Positions 1-11,679 of a stretch of 39,376 nucleotides of DNA are shown here, in pieces. The position numbers and the translations under genes are program-made. Origin of the DNA: Octopus bimaculoides (taxonomy: Eukaryota); contig NC_069008.1 of assembly GCF_001194135.2 (NCBI RefSeq), positions 2,725,021-2,764,396 of the forward strand, in the 5' to 3' direction. Numbering within the stretch: position 1 is the stretch's first letter; each line of letters opens with the position of its first letter. The notes below the pieces were generated by a model. It was not told the DNA's origin, ran no database searches, and saw only the letters and a program-made list of their open reading frames with translations.

Positions 1-34
<34 letters not shown>
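1..34. repeat. (TA)n microsatellite
   Basis: Direct reading. Confidence 0.95.
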
Positions 35-40
<6 letters not shown>

Positions 41-1558
41 ATCCGTTCTGTCTGTGCGCTTATAACTCGAGTATTGTTCATCCGATCGCGCTGAAATTTT
101 AAATATGGATACACGAGAGAGTAGGGCGTTCTGTAATCTAAAACGATTTTCAAAATTATTAGTTTCAAAGTGAGAATCGCTATTTTTGTAATTTTTTAAA
201 TCCTGTTTGTTCCGCCATTAAAAGCAACCAGTTGCTCAGACAGCCGGTACATACCATTTCGCTAGCAACAAGGGGAGTACAGGATGACAGTCAGCCAAAA
301 CCGTCGCCATGCTGTCTCTCTTATGACGTCCAATTCCCCTTGAAGTTGTATATTATATTGTGTTAAGAGATTCGTTATCAATCAATTATCCTTATTGAGA
401 AGAAACAGTCAAAAGTAACCACCCAATAGAATCACCAAACATCTCCACTACTTAACACCGTCCAAGTTAACCCTATTCACCTTTACATCTGACGTGAAAA
501 ACTACGAGGAAAGCAAAGCAGAGAAAAAAAATTGATCGCCATTAAAACGCGTAAAATTTTGAAGTTAATAATCTTAATCTTTTGTTACAGTTTCTCATTC
601 AAACTACATAATAGGCAAAATTGTCGGATAAAGACAGTAGGGTGTTTTGAGGGAGATTTGGTTGCTATTTCTACCAGGTCCAGCCTGAAGTGTTCGAAAC
701 CTTTTCATGGTCTTTCGGAGATAATTATGGCATGACAGTGTTATTCAAATTTTGAAGCTGAAATTTCATAAAGATAAGAATTAAATTAGCATCAATCTAT
801 CCTCGAAATTGACACTTTATGGACATATTCAGACCACGACCTTGTCTCAGTTTATTTCGGTCGTAGCCTCAGCAGTTTTCATTTCAATAATAAGTGTGAA
901 AAATAAACTAGTGAACTAAAATATACGATGTTGAACTAAATCTTTTAATTATGTCCTCGCATATTGCGGCTGTATTTTAATTTCTTTTCATTCATATAGT
1001 GGCGAGAATTTTCATTTTTCAATTAATATTGAAAGACTTCTCAAAAGAGTCCGATAATATGTAACACGCTGCCACTTTTCACAGCTCACTGGTCACTTAT
1101 CTCAGCCTCAGTTTGATTTTGCTAGTAATCTGTGCTTTTTTGTGCGAGCAATTCATATTAACAGACTAAATTACCCATAAAATAGATAAGTTTATCAAGA
1201 GGAAACAACCGTGACGATTACGAATCTGAAGGTGAACGCAACTTAGCGTAGTGATAAAGCGAAGTGATAAAGCGAAGTGATAAAGCAGCGAAGCGTAGTG
1301 ATAAAGCAGCGAAGCGAAGTGATAAAGCGAAGTGATAAAGCAGCGAAGCGTAGTGATAAAGCAGCGAAGCGTAGTGATAAAGCAGCGAAGCGTAGTGATA
1401 ATAGTGTGAAAGTTCGACCCAATCGTAAATATTGCAATAGCTATTTGAACTTTGGGTCTCATTGAACTGGCAACGAGGTTCAACCTCTTCTGCCGTGTAT
1501 TGTTTGAGGTGAAAAGATGTCTAATGCGCAAATTGAAAATATATTTTACAACTAAACA
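35..1558. mobile_element. Possible non-autonomous Helitron/Helentron-like repeat with internal minisatellite
   Basis: Begins beside a TA tract with ccgttctgtctgt...gcgctgaaatttt, motifs reminiscent of DINE-1/HINE cores, and carries an internal tandem array at 1245-1401. No clear termini identified. Confidence 0.3.
1245..1401 (+). repeat. Compound minisatellite of 13-bp (gcgaagtgataaa) and 21-bp (gcagcgaagcgtagtgataaa) units
   Basis: Direct reading; explains the low-complexity ORFs at 1166-1465. Confidence 0.9.
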
Positions 1559-1739
1559 NNNNNNNNNNCGGGTGTGTGTGTGTCCATGCGGGTGTGTGTG
1601 TGTGTGTGTGTGTGTGCATGCGCGCGTGTGTGTGTGTGTGTGTTGACACTTGCCAGCCCGCACTTCACGCATGTCAGTCGTCAGGTATGTATATGTATGT
1701 ATAGATGTGTGTATGTTTGTGTGTGTGTTTAATAACATC

Positions 1740-1845
1740 GGTTGTCAAGCAATGGTGGAGGGGACAGACAGACACACAAACACACACACACACATACGAC
1801 GGGTTTCTTTCAGTTTCCGTCTACCAAATACAACAGCTGTGTTCA
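1740..1845 (-). mobile_element. SINE family A, partial
   Basis: Matches 6645-6740 (atcggttgtc.agcaatg...ctttcagtttccgtctaccaaat). Confidence 0.75.
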
Positions 1846-1869
1846 GATGAAAGAGCTCTATGAGATAAA

Positions 1870-1923
1870 TCTACACATACATATACTAACCTGATTGGCG
1901 GTGACGCCGGGTATCTCTGCTAG
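1870..1923 (+). mobile_element. 54-bp mini-Helitron (5'-TC...hairpin...CTAG-3' between A and T)
   Basis: a|TCTACACATACATATAC...GGCG-gtga-CGCC...CTAG|t. The same 3' 21-mer (acgccgggtatctctgctagt) recurs at 25395-25415. Confidence 0.55.
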
Positions 1924-3098
1924 TTCGTTTATAATGTACTTATTAAAATTGTAGCCTAAGACTGCTAGAACATCAATGTGAACAAAGAAACTGTTTTGAA
2001 AATAGGATGAATGATTCTGAAAAGGCTCAAGTCTCGTCTATTGAGATAGCCGAAATGATTGCACTACAAACAAAATCTCATACTTTAGCCGAGTCAATTA
2101 TCTTGCCCGCTTGTGGAAAGATAGTTAACACCATGTTAGGTAATGAAACCGGGCAAGAAACAAGCAAGATTCCGTTCTCAAATAATACAATCCACAGGAG
2201 AATTATGAGTTTATCTGTTGATATAGAGGAAAATGTACAGAACAAACTTCAGAACTCAGTATTTGCTCTACAGGTTGACGAATCCACTGACATTAGCAAT
2301 TAAGTACAATTACATTTATTCGCTTTATTGATGGTAACCAAATCATAAATCAGTTCTTTTGTTGCGAAGAAATGCTACTCACTAAAAAAGGTCAAGATAT
2401 TTTTGGCATTCTATCTGCTTGCCTCGAAAAATGGAATTTATCCGGGAATACCGATGGGTCACCATATATGATAGGCTCTATTAAAGGTTTTGTATCTCTC
2501 GTACACCAGCAAAATCCTAATGTTATATGTACTCATTGCTTCCTACAAAGGGAGGTACTAGTTTCAAAAACAATACCAGTTGAGCTAAAGCAAGTATTAA
2601 AAACCAAGTTGTTGAAATGGTTGATTATATTAAAAGTAGGCCGTTGAAGTGTCGCTTATTTGAACAAGTTTGTGTTGATATGGATTCCCAGCACAAGCGC
2701 TTGCTTTTACACAAAAAAGTCAGATGGTTCTCAAAAGGTATGGTACTACGTTGCATACAAGAACTCCAGAACGAATTAGAAGCACTTTTTAAAGAAGGAA
2801 AATATAAACGCTTCTTGGAATATCTACAATGTGAATTTTGGGTTTCCAAGCTGGAATATTTAACAGAGATATTTGCACAACTTAATATCGTCAACACAAG
2901 TATGCAAGGTAGAGATGAAAACATTCTCACTTCGACAGATAAGCTGGTTTCATTTAAAAAGAAAGTTGTGATTTTGAAAAATAGAGTTGAAGGTGATAAC
3001 TTCGAAATGTCTCCCCTTAATACGTAAAAGCTGCACAAAACAGATGACCCCTATTTCATTTGAACATTTGACAAATCTGGAAGAAAAAAAAACTTTTA

Positions 3099-3313
3099 CG
3101 GAGATGTAATTGCATAGCAAGTGACCTGCTCTGAGGTCGTGTGCTGGAACTAAAACAATTGCAGCGTGGAAGGTATTTATAAGCCATTTAAGAAACACAC
3201 AAAAACCGTTAGATTCACTTCAACATTTAAATTTAATTAAATTTAAATGTTGAAGTGAATCTAACGGTTTTTGTGTGTTATTTGAAATGGCTTATAAGCA
3301 CCTTCCCCGCGGC
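3099..3313. mobile_element. 215-bp insertion with a 139-bp palindrome and 12-bp TSD, inside the hAT transposase (possibly a Penelope-like terminal fragment)
   Basis: Flanked by aaaaaactttta at 3087-3098 and 3314-3325. Removing it restores EHLTNLEEKKNFYFPSLNAEEYDWVRNPF. Perfect loopless palindrome at 3194-3279. Confidence 0.75.
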
Positions 3314-3904
3314 AAAAAACTTTTATTTTCCGTCATTGAACGCAGAAGAGTATGATTGGGTTCGAAATCCCTTCATAAAAATTCCATCTAATATTGGTCA
3401 GAAAATATGCGAAGAGGAATTGGCATTTATATCCAGTGATCGCAGACTTAAAATCAAGTATGCTGAGTTACCTGTTGATACATTTTCGATTGCTATTATA
3501 GGAGAATACCCCTTAGTATCAAAAAGATCTTTATCCGTTTTGATGAAGTTTTCCACATCGTATTTATGTGAGTTGGGATTTTCAATCCACGATAACATCA
3601 AATCCAAAAAACAAGAGAGAGGTTCCGTTGCATCGAGGAAGAAATGAGGATTTGTCTTTCTCAAATACGTCCCGATACTGAAAACGTTTCCAAAAAACAT
3701 CAAGTGCATGCTTCTCATTGATAACTTTGTTCCATATATTAAATAAAAGTAAATACATGCAATTTTTCTGCATTTTTAATTATTTATATATTACTTTATA
3801 GCTTATCCTATGCTAATATATATAAAACCCCTTTCGAATAAATTTAGAATTGTAATGAACGGCCGTGCTGACCAAAGGAGATGGCGACGAACGAAGAGAG
3901 GCTC

Positions 3905-4620
3905 CTTTTATCGCGTCGCACGGTCACCATACAAAAACATATATATGACATATGAAAGCTCGCAATGTGAGAGATGCGAGCAAGTGCCAGTAAAGGAATG
4001 AGAGAGTTACAGAGACAACCGTTAGATATATATAAAGAGTAGGTTTATTAGCATAGTGAACAGTGTGTCTGTGTGTGCGTGCATGCGGCAATATAAACAC
4101 TACAATGTGTATGACGGACCGTCGTGTAAAGAATGTGTATACAACAATGTGTGTAAGTGAGAGAGAAATACAGAACATGGAATAAGAGTCTGTGAGAGAC
4201 TATAAGCGTCGTAAACACAGAGTTAGAGAAATACCAGTTCATAGAAGAGTAACATAGGTAGAATGTCTGTAGAAGAAGTCGTGACCAAGGAGCAGAGCTG
4301 TGGTGTCACATGTTGTGTGTGAAGTTGAGCGTCGATGCTGCGACCGGTTACTTGGTACAGAAGATTCTCGCAGGTTGTTCTAGCTGTTAACTTCGTGGTG
4401 GAAACAATTCACTCAAACAGTGCCGAGATGAAACCGCTGTTGTTGCTGTTGGTGAGTGTACTCTGGTGGTGGTGCTGGTGCTGGTGACGACACTGTTGTA
4501 GACAGTAGATCGGTGGTGTTGGCGTTGTCGCTGGAAATTGGCTGGTTGGTGTGTGTGGTCTACGACCAGACCTGTTAAAAGGTCTGTTGTCGGAAACGCA
4601 GAAAAACTCTCTCTCACGTG
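3905..4620 (-). mobile_element. LTR-like segment with a PBS-like motif, nested in the hAT 3' region
   Basis: The minus strand has AATAAA near its 3' part followed by TGGTGACCGTGCGACG (about 3928-3913). Short inverted ends tgtgagaga (3966) / tctctcac (about 4617). No second LTR seen. Confidence 0.35.
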
Positions 4621-6229
4621 ACCTTATCTGAAGGCCACGATTGGACGGTATGCACCCTGGCGCGAATCAGAACTGGAGACATATGCCGCGCAAATAAGAA
4701 CCAATCAGGGTGGTGGACACAAGGGTGCAAGCGGCCGAAAGCTAGATGTTAGCCGCCACGTTATTATTTGTAATTGAATACCAGAGAGAAAGGTTTCACT
4801 ACAGAATTTATGTACGAAGTGCGCCAAAATATTTTGACTTCTTGTAAGGTGCGCCGTGACTAAAAAAAGGTTAGGAACTACTACTCTAACCCATCGCTTA
4901 CAAGAAACCTTCTATTACTTGCTTAAACAACCTCAAGTAATCCAAGATCAATTCGTTATACACACGTGAATGATTTTCTAACGAAACACTACCGTTGAAA
5001 CAAACCAAAGGGAAATAACTGATTCACTCTGTTTTCAGAGTAACTTCCCTTAGTATAGATTAGCTACAATGCAAATTAAGGTGGGGTGGTATATTTTTTA
5101 GCCCCGAGTAAGAACTGATTGAATCATTCATCCATGGAAGGGGACAAATATATTCTTAAACCCTCGACTTATTAAAAATATATTAATATAAAAAAAATTT
5201 CAATCATGAAAACAATTCATTATTAATTCTTTTATTAGAATATAACATTATTTTATAAGAACATAACATTATTTTATTACGCAAATAGTTTTAAAATATA
5301 TTTATTTGTGACAGATATGTTGCTCTTAATCCTTTGCTATTTTTATGTGCAAACAAAATTTCAAAATTTGAAGAAAATTTGTATTAAAATATTTTCTATA
5401 GTAGCAATTTTTTCAAGTTATAAAGGTAAATATAATAATTATAATAATAGAAGAATTAGCTGAAAAAAAAGTGGACCAAGATGAAAATTACGGGTGCGAA
5501 ATCGTAGAATATTCTGAAGTATTGAACTTGGGGAAGCATACAGAACAAGCAGTATTTGAACCCGGAAAAGTACAAAACAAGAAGAGAAGAAGAAAAAAAA
5601 AAAAGCAATATTGCAGCTGAAGTTAGAATTTGCTAAATAAATTCCCAAAATTCTTCATGAAATAACATGTGCACTGTTTTGCTCTTTATATTTTTTGGTG
5701 TTTTATTGCAATTTTTTAAAATTTAAGTTAATATTTTTAATTTAGAAATTTCTTTGTATTAAATTAAACATTTCTGACTTATTTTTCATTTTATTATGAT
5801 TATAGTATTCATTTCTTAACAAAACTGATCATTAAAAAAAATTAAATCATAAATATTGTGTTATAAAATTAAAATCATGTGGAATATATGTAATTCAAAC
5901 AAGTATAATAGAGTTTTTAAAAATCTCAAAGAAACAAACGAATTAATGTCTTTAAAGTTTGCATTATGTAATAACAAAGTCATTTTCTATTTACACCCAC
6001 TAATTTCATTTTTAAGCACTGAGGGCTTATAATTTTCAATTTTGCTTAAATTGTGTGATTAAAAAAAAATATATAAATTTGTAACATCAAATTTTTGATG
6101 TGTAAACATGCAGGCAATTAGTATTTTCATTAAAATTGAAAATAAAATGCTTCTTGAGCATTTTGATTTAAACTTTTAAGTAAAAATACAAAATATAAGA
6201 GACATTTATAAATAATTTAAGTTTACAAT

Positions 6230-6276
6230 TTATTTCAGGTGGATATATATGTTCAAGAAGTCAATCAGTCCATATC
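6230..6276 (-). CDS. Same gene, probable terminal coding exon (xYGLIDFLNIYIHLK-stop)
   Basis: Acceptor gtttgttgttatttttcag|. Phase-1 reading ends at TAA 6232-6230, overlapped by AATAAA and followed by AT-rich UTR-like sequence. This frame needs an unseen phase 2 to phase 1 exon upstream. Confidence 0.55.
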
Positions 6277-6477
6277 CTGAAAAATAACAACAAACATCCC
6301 AGTTACAACAATAAGAGTAACACGATCAAAAGCAGTAAGGACAACTACATTAGCAACAACAACAATACGAAAATGTTCATATTAATTTGTAACATATTTC
6401 GGCAGATTTGAACATGAATTTGATAATCGCTATTGCAGTGCACCTTTCGAAAACAACCTAAACCTTCTGACGACATA

Positions 6478-6798
6478 CTCTTTTACTCTTTTACTTGTTT
6501 CAGTCATTTGACTGCGGCCATGCTGGAGCACCGCCTTTAGTCGAGCAAATCGACCCCGGGACTTATTCTTTGGAAGCCTAGTACTTATTCTATCGGTCTC
6601 TTTTTGCCGAACCGCTAAGTGACGGGGACATAAACACACCAGCATCGGTTGTCGAGCAATGCTGGGGGGACAAACACAGACACACAAACACACACATATA
6701 TACGACGGGCTTCTTTCAGTTTCCGTCTACCAAATCCACTCAGAAGGCTTTGGTCGGCCCGAGGCTATAGTAGAAGACACTTGCCCAAGGTGCCACGC
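6478..6798 (-). mobile_element. SINE family A (abundant octopus-type SINE); head lost in gap
   Basis: Homologous to 22828-23040 and 34783-35042; tail cagtcaaatgactgaaacaagtaaaaga. Confidence 0.85.
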
Positions 6799-7522
6799 NN
6801 NNNNNNNNNNNNNNNNNNNNNNNNNNNNNNNNNNNNNNNNNNNNNNNNNNNNNNNNNNNNNNNNNNNNNNNNNNNNNNNNNNNNNNNNNNNNNNNNNNNN
6901 NNNNNNNNNNNNNNNNNNNNNNNNNNNNNNNNNNNNNNNNNNNNNNNNNNNNNNNNNNNNNNNNNNNNNNNNNNNNNNNNNNNNNNNNNNNNNNNNNNNN
7001 NNNNNNNNNNNNNNNNNNNNNNNNNNNNNNNNNNNNNNNNNNNNNNNNNNNNNNNNNNNNNNNNNNNNNNNNNNNNNNNNNNNNNNNNNNNNNNNNNNNN
7101 NNNNNNNNNNNNNNNNNNNNNNNNNNNNNNNNNNNNNNNNNNNNNNNNNNNNNNNNNNNNNNNNNNNNNNNNNNNNNNNNNNNNNNNNNNNNNNNNNNNN
7201 NNNNNNNNNNNNNNNNNNNNNNNNNNNNNNNNNNNNNNNNNNNNNNNNNNNNNNNNNNNNNNNNNNNNNNNNNNNNNNNNNNNNNNNNNNNNNNNNNNNN
7301 NNNNNNNNNNNNNNNNNNNNNNNNNNNNNNNNNNNNNNNNNNNNNNNNNNNNNNNNNNNNNNNNNNNNNNNNNNNNNNNNNNNNNNNNNNNNNNNNNNNN
7401 NNNNNNNNNNNNNNNNNNNNNNNNNNNNNNNNNNNNNNNNNNNNNNNNNNNNNNNNNNNNNNNNNNNNNNNNNNNNNNNNNNNNNNNNNNNNNNNNNNNN
7501 NNNNNNNNNNNNNNNNNNNNNN
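6799..7522. other. 724-nt assembly gap inside the gene; candidate location of a missing exon
   Basis: N run. It is the only unsequenced stretch between exon 13104 and exon 6276. Confidence 0.9.
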
Positions 7523-7645
7523 CGATTAAGCTGTTGGAACGACACCTTATTCTATCGACCGACGTTGATCGTATCATATTTGAAACTAGGTTAAGACATG
7601 GTAGAAATACTGCATGTGGAATTCTTCTGTCAGACTACCCCGTCA

Positions 7646-7771
7646 ATGATGATGATGATGATGATGATGATGGTGGTGGGGGGGGGAGGGGTTAGGGTTG
7701 TGTGGTGACGAAGAAGATGATGATGACGATGATGACGACGACTGCTACGACGATTATGTTGATGGTGATGG

Positions 7772-7803
<32 letters not shown>

Positions 7804-7852
7804 GTGATGATGGTGATGGTGATGATGATGATGATGATGATGATAATGATGA
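7646..7852. repeat. (GAT/GGT)n trinucleotide microsatellite
   Basis: Direct reading; source of the poly-D/M/H ORFs. Confidence 0.95.
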
Positions 7853-7854
7853 AG

Positions 7855-10578
7855 ACAGACATTTCCATGGAATTTGGCAGAGGTGAACCTAGTGAAGAGC
7901 AATTACATAATCGAATGGATGAAAGGCAAAGAGAAGAACTTTTTGGTTGACACTGAAAAAGATGCTTGAATATAGAGAGGAGAGAATTGTTAAATGGAAA
8001 AGAAGAAGAAACCGAAATAGCAAAAGAAATTGTGGAACGGATGATAAAGAAGGAAGGGCTATCAAATTTGAAGAACGTAGATAGGACAAAAATTGGGGGA
8101 TGGCGAGCGAGAGAAGTCAAGAAAGTCAAAGGCTGCATAGAAACCGCTGACATCGCTTAGACGAAAGAGTTGCTCAAAACAGCTGCATGTGTAACTACTA
8201 AACATCTCAGACTAAAAAAAAATCAGAATAAAAGGACACAAAAAAAGAACCATGGTGGAGAAAGGGAATGGTTAAAGAGTTTGCAGAACTGGGAAAAGAT
8301 AGGAATAGGTTGGTGAAACAATGTTGTTGGCACTCTGTCGCTTACGACGTCGCGGGTTCCAGTTGATCCGATCAACGGAACAGCCTGCTCGTGAAATTAA
8401 CGTGCAAGTGGCTGAGCACTCCACAGACACGTGTACCCTTAACGTAGTTCTCGGGGATATTCAGCATAACACACTGTGACAAAGCTGACCCTTTGAATTA
8501 CAGGCACAACAGAAACAGGAAGTAAGAGTGAGAGAAAGTTGTGGTGAAAGAGTACAGCAGGGTTCGCCACCATCCTCTGCCAGAGCCTCGTGGAGCTTTA
8601 GGTGTTTTCGCTCATTAAACACTCACAATGCCCGGTCTGGGAATCGAAACCGCGATCCTATGACCGCGAGTCCGCTGCTCTAACCACTGGGCCATTGCAC
8701 CTCCACGGTGAAACAACGAACAACAGAATAAATGAACAACAGAAGATGAATATTTCAGGGAGATGGTGTCTCACCACTCTTGTTTGGGAAATAACGAACT
8801 GCGGAATATTTGAATTAAAGATCAAATTGGAAACTGCGCAGACAAGAAATTGAAGTTGTGATTGAAGAGGATCAAACAAAGAATGACTGAAAAGTCAGGA
8901 AAGCTAGCAAAACATCACGGACGTACAGAACAACGGAATGTTCCAGACGAATCGGATAAAATTCGTCGAAAGGTTTGAGAAAGAAATTCAAGACAATGGT
9001 GTTATACAGAATAGGGGAGACTGTGTACCGTTTTGGAGTGGGATCTGGGATCGATCAGTTGTACATAATGATGAAGCTAATTGGATGGGAAAGTTGAAAT
9101 GAAGATGAAAGGTAAAAACAGACAAGAAAACATCACAATATCACAGACAGCAATGGAGAAACGAATTTTAAAAAATGATAAACTGGAAACCACCAGGTTC
9201 CGATGGATTGCAAGAATATTGGATTAAAGTATTTAGGATATGACATTTGAGAATTGGAAGCCAATTTTAAGAATTTCTGAATGGCGGGTGGGGACTGTTC
9301 CACTGTGGAATATTAATCTAGAGAGACGTGCCAAAAGGCAATGAAGTATCAAACTATCGACCAAAAATATATTTACCAACCATGTAGACGGGAGTAAAAG
9401 CTGACGAACGGTAAAATTTTGGAATGAGGCAATGTTATTACCAAATGGGCAGAAGGGTTGTAAACACAGGTCGAGGGGGACAAAAGAGCAAGTGTTAATA
9501 GACAACATGATACTAAAGATAGATAAAAAAAAAAGGGGGGCTGTGATATGATGCTTCATAGGTGGACAGGGAAAAGTATTGAGATATTTGGAGTGGCAGA
9601 GAATGTACAAAAATTGCTAAGAGAAAATCTGACAATCTAGAAAACGGAGTTTACATCTGGAGGAAAGTCAGTGAGTACAGTGAACAACAGAAGAGGAATA
9701 TTTCAGGGAGATGGTCTCTCACCACTCTTGTTTGTGATGATATTAATACTTCTGTCGATTGTACTGAGAGTTGCTAAAGCAGGATATGATTTCGGAAATG
9801 AATTGGGAATGGTTAATGGCGATTTAAAGCTTTATAGGGAAAATAAAGATCATCTTGGTACACAAGTGGACAGAGAAAGAATTGTTAGTAATGACACAGG
9901 CATGGAATATGGAATCAATAAATGTGTCATTTTGATACTGAAATAAAGCAGATTCGAGAACTTAAATTGCCAAATAATCAGATAATGGAAAGCTTAGAAG
10001 GAAATCAAAGATATAAGTATTTGGGAATCTTGGAATCAGATATAATCGAAAACAGAGAAATGAAGGAAACCATTTCAAAAGAATATTTTCCAAGGGTCAA
10101 ATTGATCTCATTTAAATTCTGGAAACATTGTAAAGGCAATAAATTCAAGGGCTGTATCGATTGTGGGGTATGTGGCAGGCCTTGTGAATTGGAACAAAGA
10201 AAAACTGTAAGATATTGATCAAACACTCGGAAAATACTGTGTACAAGGCTTTACATAAAAGGACAAATATGGACAGGTAGTACATGAAACGTAAAAAAGG
10301 GGAAAAGGGGATTGATTAGTGTGGGAGATTGTGTGAATATGGAAATGAAGTCTCAATCAGCATTTTAGCCAGAGTACTGAAGAATTGCTAGCAGTAGTAA
10401 GCAATGCAGACATATTAGGAGAAGGACAAACAAAAGATGAAGTCCTTGAAAAGAGAAAGCGAGATATTATGGAAAAGAAAACCAACAACATTTACACTTC
10501 TATTTATAAAGAATATTGAAACAGGAAGAGGCGAAGTCACTTGGAATTGGTTAGGAGAGGGAATTCTCACAAAAATGT
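7855..10578 (+). mobile_element. R4/Dong-clade non-LTR retrotransposon, degenerate, 3' part missing from this orientation
   Basis: RGIFQGDGLSPLLF, DLKLY, GMEYGINKC and YKYLGILE RT motifs, with many stops and frameshifts. Confidence 0.85.
8322..8706 (-). mobile_element. Full-length tRNA-derived SINE family B with 10-bp TSD
   Basis: Head gtggag..caatggcccagtggttag (A box) and ggtttcgattccc (B box); (caa)n tail; TSD ggtgaaacaa at 8312-8321 and 8707-8716. Confidence 0.9.
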
Positions 10579-10740
10579 TTTCTTTTGTATCTCACACCTA
10601 TGATGGAATTTAGGTGAGTTTCCTCTTGGTTCGCCAAATCAATATCTGCAACTTAAAAATAATTCAACACCTCCAAAAGGAGAATCTAGGTGTATGATTA
10701 CAAATATTAAGTAGGCGTGGCTATGTGGTAAGAAGCCTGT

Positions 10741-11590
10741 GACTTCGGCCATCCGAGCCCTTTCGATTGTTTTTCCGCCGTTGTATGTATTTAACAATCC
10801 AACCTTTTCTGTCCACTCCTCGATCCTCTTACCTGTTGTTCCTAAGGCTCCTATGACAATCGATCTTTAGATTGTTTAGATAAAATTATTCCATGTGTTC
10901 CAACGACCATCTTCCACTACTGTTTCATCGGGAGTTGAGCGCCCAGGAAAGAAAATAGTGGTACGATCTCACTTTTCTACAACCCCACAATCTGCTTATT
11001 TCCCTCTTCATGTCCTGGTATATATCGAACTTGTTGACTTCTTTCTTGTATCAAATGAACCAGCTACATCAATTATATAGCAAAAGCGCTCCCTTTTCTC
11101 AAGAACTCAGACATCTGGTTTGTTATATACTAGGATCTGTTTGGATAGGAAAGTCTGAAAGAAGTTTAACCTCATCATTCTCAGCCACGTCTTCGGGTAC
11201 ATGTTTATACCACTTGTATACTTCTTACACATTTCCTAGTGGTTGATCTCTGCAACATAATCATGTCTCCAAAACTTTTACTGTTTCTCTGCGAGTTTGG
11301 GACATTCACTTATTATGTGGGTTCACTACTTCTTCTCGTTCATCTCACAACCTGAACACATTGACACCTGCTCTGCAGTTTGCACTATCTATCCCAAGAA
11401 CTTCATCCTAAGATGCCAGGATTAATCCTTCTGTCGCCCATTTTTGTGAGAATTCCCTCTCCCAACCAATTCCAAGTGACTTCGCCTCTTCCCGTTTCAA
11501 TATTCTTCATAAATGGAAGTGTAAATGTTGTTGGGATTTTTTTCCATAACATCTTGCTCCCGGCAACTCCCTGCTTAATTAATTAACTAA
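10741..11590 (-). mobile_element. R4/Dong LINE 3' segment (CCHC/RHD and restriction-like endonuclease region), inverted
   Basis: Minus-strand remnants of C-x2-C, RHD-like and VIGALG motifs. 11439-11534 is 92/96 identical to the reverse complement of 10482-10577. Confidence 0.8.
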
Positions 11591-11679
11591 TCTTGTGTAT
11601 GTATGTTTGATGCACAGGCAGTTAGAGGATCCCTGCTTACGAAAAATATTTAGGTCGACCGAGTAGATCATAATTCTGT

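Larger units (their letters stand above)
1930..4883 (+). mobile_element. Degenerate hAT (Buster/Charlie-type) DNA transposon; transposase pseudogene at about 1960-3720
   Basis: Frameshifted motifs SHTLAESIILPAC, FSNNTIHRRI, FALQVDESTDI, TDGSPYMIG, THCFLQRE, YIKSRPL, VRWFSKG, DWVRNPF, STSYLCELGFS. Right TIR-like ggttaggaactacta at 4869-4883. Left end not seen. Confidence 0.9.

Noticed and set aside
5440-5640. Plus-strand Lys-rich open stretch (DQDENYGCEIVEYSEVLNLG...KKRRRKKKK)
   Set aside because: Short, lies in AT-rich sequence just downstream of the gene's 3' end, no recognisable motif or splice support.
6649-7695. Long ORFs spanning N runs (also 15426-15950 in part, 22161-22862, 28523-29128, 30371-31193, 31900-32943, 34406-34822)
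   Set aside because: Open only because Ns translate as X. The exception is the real exon inside 15426-15950, listed separately.
8640-8706. tRNA-like sequences (also 14990-15060, 34990-35042, 19985-20045)
   Set aside because: These are SINE heads with A/B boxes followed by SINE bodies, not tRNA genes.
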